Shown here one piece after another: positions 56,015 to 64,000 of a stretch of 64,000 bases of DNA. The first letter of the stretch is position 1. Every line of letters starts with the position of its first letter. Origin of the DNA: a virus; IMG/VR virus record IMGVR_UViG_3300010354_012181, positions 1 through 64,000 of that record; one strand, given 5' to 3'. A program made the position numbers and the translations under genes. A model generated the notes under the pieces. It had not been told where the DNA came from, did no database searches, and saw only the letters and a list, made by a program, of their open reading frames with translations.

Positions 56015-56298
56015 TGTTTTCCTACAGGCCAATCTAAGCTGGCTGGCATATCCCATATTGTTTTACGTTCAGCACCTTTGCGTTGGGCGAATCTTTTGGC
56101 ATCACAGTTCGAACAACAATGAAAATAGTTGTTGCTTAGACGTCTGTGATCGATCTGTTTTAAATCTCTTTCAAAAATTTCATCACAGTTGTCGCATCGA
56201 AACATCGCCACGATTTTTTTCCTAAAGTAATCATGAACAGTGCCTAGTTTACTGATCCTAGTGTATTGATTCTTAACTGTTTTTTTCTTTAAGAACAT
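56011..56298 (-). CDS. Small zinc-finger-like hypothetical protein
   Basis: CDNC...CSNC; TAAATA 4 nt upstream of the ATG. Confidence 0.7.
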   Translation of the reverse strand: MFLKKKTVKNQYTRISKLGTVHDYFRKKIVAMFRCDNCDEIFERDLKQIDHRRLSNNYFHCCSNCDAKRFAQRKGAERKTIWDMPASLDWPVGKH

Positions 56299-56367
56299 AA
56301 AGTATTTACATTCGGCTTATAAAATTTATTGGTAAATACTAGTTGAAACTATTCACCAGGGTCTATT

Positions 56368-59300
56368 ATGGCAAGAAAAATCATAGATATAGGTGTTGTC
56401 GGTAACGATGGAACCGGCGACAGTATAAGAGATTCGTTCCGCAAAGTCAACGACAACTTCAGAGAACTTTACAGTTCTTTGGGTCTCGGCGAAAGGCTAA
56501 CATTTTTAGGTTTAGATGACACACCTAATTCCTTTGTAGGACAGAATGATCCTGTCTCGGGGAACACACCATTAATTACTATCAACAATACAGAATCGGG
56601 ATTGCAGTTCAAGAGATTAGTTGCAGGAACTGGTATTGCATTAGATTTTACTACAAATGCTAATGAAATATCTATTAGCTCTGAGTTTTCTCAGGTTGTG
56701 GGAGATCCAAGTCCTCAATTAGGCGGCCCTTTAAATGTGTTTAGCGGTAGTATAAGACACGCTATAGGTGGTTTGCCCGATCTAAGTATTCCAAACGAAC
56801 TGCAATTTGCAGTATCAGAATTAAATGCTGCCTATACAGAAGTAAATGATGCTGATAATCCGGACAGATTAGCATCTAACAAAGGCTATGTAGATACCAA
56901 ATTAAGCAAAAGAGGAACTAATGCAGTAGATCCAGCAACTGGCCTAAACGATCCAAGTTTTGGATATATGACTGGCCCTCTAATTCTTTCAAGAGATCCT
57001 GTGCCAGATGATGACGAGGTTTATGATGGTCTCATCGCTGCTACCAAAAGATATGTAGATAATTCTGCTTTTGGTAGCGTTGTTAATTTATATGTAGCCA
57101 CTAGCGGTATTGACGAAAGACCGGGAATATCAAAAGAATATCAAGGTCGTGCATTGGCCTATGCCTATAGGAGTTTAGAGGCAGCCTGTAAGAGAGCAGA
57201 AGAAATTATGCTCGAATCTAGATTAGAGATTGGACCTTATAAGAAAGTTTTGACTTACAATAACGGTCAAAACCAGTGTACTCTTGATGATATAACCGAT
57301 GCTCCTAGTTCCGGCGCCGGATTCAGTGGTCAGGTTTTAATGAGTGTAGATTCTATAACCATAGTTTCTCCTGGAGTAAACTATTATCCAGGAGAAATTC
57401 TTACAGTAGCCGGCGGTACATTTATTGAGCCTGCCAGATATGAAATTTTAACAACAACTACTACTCCGGGTGCAGTAGTAACAGTGAGACAATTAAGTTC
57501 GGGAGTTTATACTACTCTTCCGGGGTCTTCTAGTGTTGACACCACAAGTGATAGTGCTATTCCTCATTTGACCGAGGCAGAACGTGTGCAATTTGATGTC
57601 ACATATAAAGTAAACAATGTACAAGTACTTGCCGGAGGTAGCAATTATGGACTGGTATCTGTTCGTATTACAGGTGGCGGTGGTAGTGGTGCATTTGGCA
57701 CTGCAGATGTTGTTGGAGGTTCAGTAGTAAGTGTTACTATCACTGATCAAGGAACAGGATTTACATCTTTACCTGTGTGTCAGGTCAGTCTTCCAAGATT
57801 TTTGATAGAAACTGGGGGACAAAGAACAGACTTTACAGGCGACGTATTAACCTCAACGCCCGAAGCAATAAGAAGCCGCGATTTAAGAGAAGGTTTATAT
57901 TTACGAGGTGAAACGTCCGGGGCATTGGCACAAATACTAGCACATAGTGGGGAATTGGATAGTTCAGGTAGAGAAATATTTGATGTAGATATTAAATACG
58001 GATCTTTTCAAACTGGCGAAGTTATCTCGTACGGTGATGTATCTAAACAGACTCAGATCACCATATTAGTTGAAAGTGGTGTATACGAAGAGAACTTACC
58101 TCTAAGAGTTCCACAAAACACATCTATCGTCGGTGATGAATTTAGAAGATGTATCATCAGACCAAAACCAGGTATCAGTTCTAGTCCATGGGCCTTCCTA
58201 AATTTTAGACGAGATTTAACTATCGGTGAGGTGGACAACGATCAAATAACACTAACAGATAGGTTGTTTGGATGGCATTATCTAACAGACTCAGCCGATC
58301 CAGTCTATCCATTAGTTAATAACAAAGGTTTTTATAGATCTGCAGCGATCTTATTAGAACTGAACCGATCATTTATACAAAAAGAAGTTATTGGCTGGAT
58401 TGAATATCAGATAGACAATAATATTTCTCCGTTTGTAGGGGCCTTTGATTATGATAGAACCATTTGTGAAAGAGATGTAGGTCTTATAATTGATGCCATG
58501 GTATTTGATTTGAAATATGGAGGCTCTAATAGAACAGTTTCTGCTGCATTAAAATACTATGGACAGGCCACAGAATACGGAGATCCATCTGTGGCTATTG
58601 GCGTACAATTAGACGAAACCAAGGCTGCAATTAGAAGATTAGGTGTCCTTGCTCAAGCGGTAATTAGAAATGTTGAATTCACAGAGTTGTATCAAGAAAT
58701 ATTTCCACAGATTATCGACGGTGCTTATATAGCAGAAACGGGATCTGGTGGCACATCATTTAACATTTCTGCAGTAACTTTAACCGACCCTGTAGTAATA
58801 ACTACATCTACACCACATGGGTTGGTTAACGGTGACACTGTTATCATCGATGATATAACAGGAACTACAGAAATAAATGGTAACGATTATTATGTTTCAG
58901 TTGTATCCCCAACTGCATTCTCTTTGTTTAACGACTCTTTATTAACTGATCCAGTCGACGGCACTGATTTTACTGCCTATATCAGCGGAGGATCTGCATA
59001 TAATAATGGAGGTGTTGTTGGAGCATTAACCAACGTTATACTTGATATAATAGATGAATCTGGTCCTGGTCTAGGCAGCGTTAATACTCCTAAAAATAAT
59101 GACCAAATGGATGTGTTCTTGTGCAACGATGCTGTAAGATTCCAAGCTATCACTTGCCAAGGACATGGCGGATTCTTTATGGTGCTTGACCCCGAAGGTC
59201 AGATTCTTGCCAAATCACCATACGCACAAGAATGCGCATCATTTTCAAAGAGTACCGGCAGACAAACATTTGCTGGTGGACAATATGTAGATGGTTTTGC

Positions 59301-62300
59301 AGGAAATATTAAATTTGAATTATTAGGAAGAAGAGAATTAAATGTTTCTGCTATGATCAGTGGAAGAAGTTATACTATAAAAACCGTAGGTACAACAGTT
59401 TTTACAGCGTTAGGATCTAGTGATAATAACATAGGTACGGTCTTCACTTATAATGGAGTTGTGGCTGCGGGCACAGGAACTGTTGAAGATAACAGTTTTC
59501 TATATGTAGGCGGACTGAATAGATTTCCACAACTGCCTGCCTCATTTATCGTATCGGATACTGTTTATAGAATAAACTACGTTAGAGATTTTACATTTAA
59601 TACAGCAGGGTCTACCGCGTCATTTGTTCTAGATGAAGCTACTCCTTGGACTGATCCACGATTTGAATACAACGATGATATCTGTTACAGAGACGTTGGT
59701 TTGATCATAGACGGTCTAGGCTACGATATAGTTTTAGGTACAAACTATAACGCTAGAAAAGCCGGTCTTACTTATAGACAAGCCAATGCCAGTGTGGTTA
59801 TCGACACACAGTTAGATTTAACTGCTAGGGCTATTTCATATGCTCATGATCTGGCTATTCTTGCACTAGAATTATATCCATCTGCACAATCTGTAGCAGA
59901 AAGCAGTCAATTGACATTGGATAATATTGTAAGGAATGGTGTTACTTTCGCACCTAGTTTATCATTTACCAACCCTCCTGGATTGGCATCAAATAAGATA
60001 AATGCAAAAAATCTTTTACAGGCAAATATTAATTACATAGCCGACGAAACAGTGGGCTGGATAGCCGCGCAGATAGCAGGTAGTATAGCACCGTTTACTC
60101 CTGCATTTACCTACGACAGCAACAAATGTTCTAGAGATGTCAAGTATATCATGGAAGCATTGATTTATGATGTTATCTATGGTGGTAATAGCCAAACGAG
60201 AGATGCAGGTATTAGGTATTATAATGGTGTAGGCGATGCTATCACTTTGCAAATTCCTGCAGGGCAAGTAACCGAAACAGCAGCAGCATTAGATTATGCC
60301 AAATATCTAGCCAAACAGGTAATTTTAGATCTTCCTCCTGCAGTTTCTTATAGTGCCACTCTAAGAGTATCAGGCGCGGCCAGCGATGTCACGATTCAAA
60401 ATTTAATCGATACTTTGCTCACAGAAACAGTAGACATTGTAACCAACGGAGTATCTGCTGCCGATCCAGAAGTGTTACCCGACTTAAACGCTTACGCATA
60501 CACAACTATATTGAAGAATGCTAGAACAGGTTTATTGAATGAAAAAACAGATATTCAAGATTCTACTATAGTATTCATAGATGAAAACGCTAATATATAT
60601 GAAGTTTTAATGCCGGGCAATAGAAGTATGTTGGGCAACGACTTCACACAGATTAACGATTTAGGTTACGGAATAATTGCTACCAATGGCGGTTTGATCG
60701 AAGCAGTTTCTATGTTTACATATTACTGCCACATTTCGTATTATGCAGTAAACGGTGGACAAATCAGGTCAGTGGGAGGATCGAGTGCTCATGGTAATTA
60801 TGCTCTTGTCGCGGAAGGTGCAGATCCTTTAGAAGTACCTACGCCAGTATCGCTTTACTATGACCTAGCACAAGGGGCACAGGTTTATTTTCCCAGCCCA
60901 AGTTATGCTAATGCAGTGAATGGTTTGATTGTTTACATAGACAATTATACCTATGCTCCCTTAGACAGAGGTGAACTCGAAGTAGATCATGGACTAGGGT
61001 CTATCTACAGATATCCTATCGCCACTTCAGAAATTGGTGGAGACTTACCGCCGGGAGTAGCAAAACTAAGTTTGCAAAGTTCTGAAGGAGCAGGAGTTGA
61101 AGGTCTGGCCGCAATCATTCCTGATAATACCTTTGTCACTGTTAGACAAGCTTCTCAGACAGTTCTTACAGGAGATGTTGTTGATGTTGCTGTGAGACCT
61201 TCAACCGGTATGGTTTTGAGAGAATCACCAACTGTTTATCGTATTTTACAGTTTGAAGAATATTTGGATCCTGTTGGTTCAAAAACCTGTACCATAAGCA
61301 TTGCATCACCTTCTGTTATAACTAGAGTAGCACATGGTCTACAGCCAGACTATCAATTTAGTTTAAGCACCACTGGAACATTGCCGACTGGTGTAAATTC
61401 TACCACAGTCTATTATGTTTTAGCCGACGGATTTACTGCAGATAGCTTTAGTTTCTCAACAACCAAACGAGGAACAGCGGTGGCAACATCGGGTAGTCAG
61501 AGTGGCGTTCAAAGTTATTTTGTTGAAGGTTTAGCGAGAACTACTCTGAGAGAAAACTATAACTACGTTGATCTTTCTATTTGGCCTAGCCAGCCTTTCA
61601 AGACCGGTTCGTCAGTATGTACAATTAGCATTGCTTCGCCTGCTGTGATCACATTAGCTAGTCACGGTTTTACTGCTGATACCCCTATAAAATTTGAAAC
61701 CACAGGATCTTTACCGACAGGAATTACAGATGGTGGACATTATTTTGTTAAAACTGTATTGTCTCCCAACACATTTACTATAACTAGAGAAGCAATACCG
61801 GCTGGAGTGGCTGTAGATACCTCTGGTTCACAGAGCGGTGTACACACTGTGGGAATCATAACTGGTAGAGTTGGAGACAGCGATTTTGCCGTTGTTCCTT
61901 TGGGCGGTGATGAAAAAGAACGAGTACTAAATTCTTATATAATATGGAAAGGCCAACAATACACGATTTCTAATTATCAAGACGAATCGACCACAGGACA
62001 ACCATACGCACTTGTAACTTTAAACACACCGTTGCTAGACAATGTTGTTTATTTCACTGCCTTGCCATCTCTAAAGGCTGCTGTGCCCAAAGATGAACCG
62101 GGCACCCTAACAATACGTATCGGTCTTACTCGCGTAACATCTCATGATCTATTAGACATAGGCACAGGATCATATTCTGACACTAACTATCCAAATGAGA
62201 TTTATGGTCCTCCAGTAAACGCTTACAATCCTGGTCAAGAAGTGCAGGAACGTGGAGTAGGTCGTGTTTTCTATGTGACCACAGACCAATTCGGTAATTT

Positions 62301-64000
62301 CTCAGTCGGACCATATTTCAGAGTTGACCAAGGCACAGGTACTGTAACTTTTGCAGCATCGATAGCTCTGTCAAACTTAGATGGTATTGGATTCAAAAGA
62401 GGCGTACCTATTTCTGAATTCTCAACAGATTCTGGAATGTCAGACAATGCCACTGATACCGTGCCTACAGAGAATGCGGTAAGAACTTATCTAGATAGGA
62501 GACTAGGAATATCGCACACAGGTGCTGTGGTTGCAGACACTTCATTAATTCCTGCTATATCTGGAGGCTTTATGAGCCTCGATGGCCAGTTGTCTATGAA
62601 AGGCAATATGGATCTCGATGGTAATAGGATCACAAATGTTGGAGATCCAGTAAGTCCTCAAGATGCGATTAATCTACAAAGCTTAACATTTAATAACTTA
62701 CAAGATGCTGATCTTAACAATGTTAAAGCAGCCGATGTATTGACATTTACAGGTGCTGGAAATATTGTACAGAATTCCACTGTGATAGGAGATATCACTT
62801 TTAACATAGACAGCACTGCCAACACAGTAGATGCTCAGATAGTAGCAGGCTCTATCACTAACACAGATATAAATGCTGCTGCAGGAATCCTACAAAGTAA
62901 GTTAGCCATGGGTTCGGCAGGTACTCGAGTTAACGCAACAGGAATTACTCAGGCAGAAAAAGGATTGGCTAGTTTTGATTCTGCTCAATTCAATGCCACT
63001 GGTGGTTGGATCAGTATTAAAAATAATGGTATAACTTTTGGAAAATTAGAACAGATCGCTACTAAAACCGTAGTTGGTAATTCAAGTTTAGCCACAGCAG
63101 ATCCCGCAGCAGTTTCATTTACCACAGTGGTTAGTGACGGTGGTGCTATTAAAAAATCTCAATATAATAGCGGCACAGGATATCTTAGAAGAACTGGTTT
63201 TACCGCCACCCAGGACACTGATTACACTGTAGTAGACGAATCAAGTACAAATGCAGCCAGCACACTGGTCAAAAGAGATAGCAATGGAGACTTTGGTGCT
63301 AGAAACGTGAGTGTAGAAAGACTGTTAATAGATACTAAGATTGCTATAGACACCACTACAAGTGCCACTGGCGGTTATACACAATATCACGGATTTAATA
63401 GCCAGGTAGGTATATTGATAGGCGATGGATCATTAGCTGGTGATAAAAAATCTTTTTACGATAACGATACTCACACTTTCAGAACTCAAAATGGTTTGAG
63501 CAATGCCCCAGTAACCTGTTCATCAATTACTTTACAGTCGATAACCACAGGGGCAGCATCTACCGCAGGTACAGTCACAGGTACGTGGACTTTGACCACT
63601 GGCAGTAAATGGCAGGCCACTTACGCTGACCTAGCAGAATATTATCAAGGTGACCAAGAATACACAGTAGGCACTGTGCTGGTATTTGGTGGAGACAATG
63701 AGGTTACACAAAGCAATGTTCGAGGAGATCATAGAGTGGCTGGTGTGGTGTCAGAAAATGCTGCTTTCATAATGAACGAGGCTTGTCCAGGCACAAAAGT
63801 TTTGATAGCACTTCAGGGTCGTGTTCCTGTGCGTGTGGTAGGAAAAATAAACAAAGGCGATCTAATAATCACATCAGGAATTCCCGGAGTGGGTATTTCC
63901 TCAAGCGGTAATGCCCGGCCTGGAACTATCCTGGGTAAGGCATTAGCAGACTATGATTCAGATCATATCGGCACTATTGAAGTGGCCGTGGGAAGAGCAT
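56368..64000 (+). CDS. Giant virion baseplate/tail-fibre protein (about 2544 aa, runs to the window end; absent from ORF track)
   Basis: Starts MARKIIDIGVVGNDGTGDSIRDSFRKVNDNFRELY (T4 gp9/gp10-like anchor); ends in the same frame with YADLAEYY...RVAGVVS...ALQGRVPVRVVG...GKAL (intramolecular chaperone-like); interior only spot-checked. Confidence 0.85.
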   Translation, partial: MARKIIDIGVVGNDGTGDSIRDSFRKVNDNFRELYSSLGLGERLTFLGLDDTPNSFVGQNDPVSGNTPLITINNTESGLQFKRLVAGTGIALDFTTNANEISISSEFSQVVGDPSPQLGGPLNVFSGSIRHAIGGLPDLSIPNELQFAVSELNAAYTEVNDADNPDRLASNKGYVDTKLSKRGTNAVDPATGLNDPSFGYMTGPLILSRDPVPDDDEVYDGLIAATKRYVDNSAFGSVVNLYVATSGIDERPGISKEYQGRALAYAYRSLEAACKRAEEIMLESRLEIGPYKKVLTYNNGQNQCTLDDITDAPSSGAGFSGQVLMSVDSITIVSPGVNYYPGEILTVAGGTFIEPARYEILTTTTTPGAVVTVRQLSSGVYTTLPGSSSVDTTSDSAIPHLTEAERVQFDVTYKVNNVQVLAGGSNYGLVSVRITGGGGSGAFGTADVVGGSVVSVTITDQGTGFTSLPVCQVSLPRFLIETGGQRTDFTGDVLTSTPEAIRSRDLREGLYLRGETSGALAQILAHSGELDSSGREIFDVDIKYGSFQTGEVISYGDVSKQTQITILVESGVYEENLPLRVPQNTSIVGDEFRRCIIRPKPGISSSPWAFLNFRRDLTIGEVDNDQITLTDRLFGWHYLTDSADPVYPLVNNKGFYRSAAILLELNRSFIQKEVIGWIEYQIDNNISPFVGAFDYDRTICERDVGLIIDAMVFDLKYGGSNRTVSAALKYYGQATEYGDPSVAIGVQLDETKAAIRRLGVLAQAVIRNVEFTELYQEIFPQIIDGAYIAETGSGGTSFNISAVTLTDPVVITTSTPHGLVNGDTVIIDDITGTTEINGNDYYVSVVSPTAFSLFNDSLLTDPVDGTDFTAYISGGSAYNNGGVVGALTNVILDIIDESGPGLGSVNTPKNNDQMDVFLCNDAVRFQAITCQGHGGFFMVLDPEGQILAKSPYAQECASFSKSTGRQTFAGGQYVDGFAGNIKFELLGRRELNVSAMISGRSYTIKTVGTTVFTALGSSDNNIGTVFTYNGVVAAGTGTVEDNSFLYVGGLNRFPQLPASFIVSDTVYRINYVRDFTFNTAGSTASFVLDEATPWTDPRFEYNDDICYRDVGLIIDGLGYDIVLGTNYNARKAGLTYRQANASVVIDTQLDLTARAISYAHDLAILALELYPSAQSVAESSQLTLDNIVRNGVTFAPSLSFTNPPGLASNKINAKNLLQANINYIADETVGWIAAQIAGSIAPFTPAFTYDSNKCSRDVKYIMEALIYDVIYGGNSQTRDAGIRYYNGVGDAITLQIPAGQVTETAAALDYAKYLAKQVILDLPPAVSYSATLRVSGAASDVTIQNLIDTLLTETVDIVTNGVSAADPEVLPDLNAYAYTTILKNARTGLLNEKTDIQDSTIVFIDENANIYEVLMPGNRSMLGNDFTQINDLGYGIIATNGGLIEAVSMFTYYCHISYYAVNGGQIRSVGGSSAHGNYALVAEGADPLEVPTPVSLYYDLAQGAQVYFPSPSYANAVNGLIVYIDNYTYAPLDRGELEVDHGLGSIYRYPIATSEIGGDLPPGVAKLSLQSSEGAGVEGLAAIIPDNTFVTVRQASQTVLTGDVVDVAVRPSTGMVLRESPTVYRILQFEEYLDPVGSKTCTISIASPSVITRVAHGLQPDYQFSLSTTGTLPTGVNSTTVYYVLADGFTADSFSFSTTKRGTAVATSGSQSGVQSYFVEGLARTTLRENYNYVDLSIWPSQPFKTGSSVCTISIASPAVITLASHGFTADTPIKFETTGSLPTGITDGGHYFVKTVLSPNTFTITREAIPAGVAVDTSGSQSGVHTVGIITGRVGDSDFAVVPLGGDEKERVLNSYIIWKGQQYTISNYQDESTTGQPYALVTLNTPLLDNVVYFTALPSLKAAVPKDEPGTLTIRIGLTRVTSHDLLDIGTGSYSDTNYPNEIYGPPVNAYNPGQEVQERGVGRVFYVTTDQFGNFSVGPYFRVDQGTGTVTFAASIALSNLDGIGFKRGVPISEFSTDSGMSDNATDTVPTENAVRTYLDRRLGISHTGAVVADTSLIPAISGGFMSLDGQLSMKGNMDLDGNRITNVGDPVSPQDAINLQSLTFNNLQDADLNNVKAADVLTFTGAGNIVQNSTVIGDITFNIDSTANTVDAQIVAGSITNTDINAAAGILQSKLAMGSAGTRVNATGITQAEKGLASFDSAQFNATGGWISIKNNGITFGKLEQIATKTVVGNSSLATADPAAVSFTTVVSDGGAIKKSQYNSGTGYLRRTGFTATQDTDYTVVDESSTNAASTLVKRDSNGDFGARNVSVERLLIDTKIAIDTTTSATGGYTQYHGFNSQVGILIGDGSLAGDKKSFYDNDTHTFRTQNGLSNAPVTCSSITLQSITTGAASTAGTVTGTWTLTTGSKWQATYADLAEYYQGDQEYTVGTVLVFGGDNEVTQSNVRGDHRVAGVVSENAAFIMNEACPGTKVLIALQGRVPVRVVGKINKGDLIITSGIPGVGISSSGNARPGTILGKALADYDSDHIGTIEVAVGRA

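Noticed and set aside
58053-62453. Short minus-strand ORFs at 58053, 60016 and 62271
   Set aside because: Antisense shadows of the giant + strand virion gene.
1-64000. Stop-codon reassignment
   Set aside because: Conserved genes (thyX, uvsE, iscU, cyclase) are intact in the standard code, all three stops end genes, and no suppressor anticodon was found.

Overview
64 kb of a large, AT-rich T4-like/jumbo tailed-phage genome (standard genetic code; perfect sigma70 TTGACA-17-TATAAT promoters plus a TAAATA late-type motif). Two Bug/TctC proteins, a PbpG-like peptidase and IscU/IscA suggest a betaproteobacterial host (inference). In order: a PA14/curlin-repeat protein with a CHASE2 adenylate cyclase; small early genes; a 26-gene tRNA array covering all 20 amino acids, interleaved with at least four unannotated structured RNAs; a ~22 kb AT-rich enzyme island (PP-loop ATPases, 2OG-Fe/cupin oxygenases, desaturases, Rieske protein, GNATs, an aromatic-catabolism-like operon); thyX, queD, uvsE, SOD, iscU/iscA; and a >2500 aa virion protein missed by the ORF track. 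The standout is at the head of the tRNA array. A promoter drives a leaderless 35-codon ORF (12471-12578) containing all 20 amino acids, 19 of them consecutively with no repeat (IKQMAYTWSVPCFGLENDR). It is coupled to mutually exclusive antiterminator/terminator hairpins. This looks like a pan-amino-acid, ribosome-stalling attenuator that would switch on the phage tRNA set when any charged tRNA runs short. All folds were done by eye and all family calls are from motifs; no searches were run.
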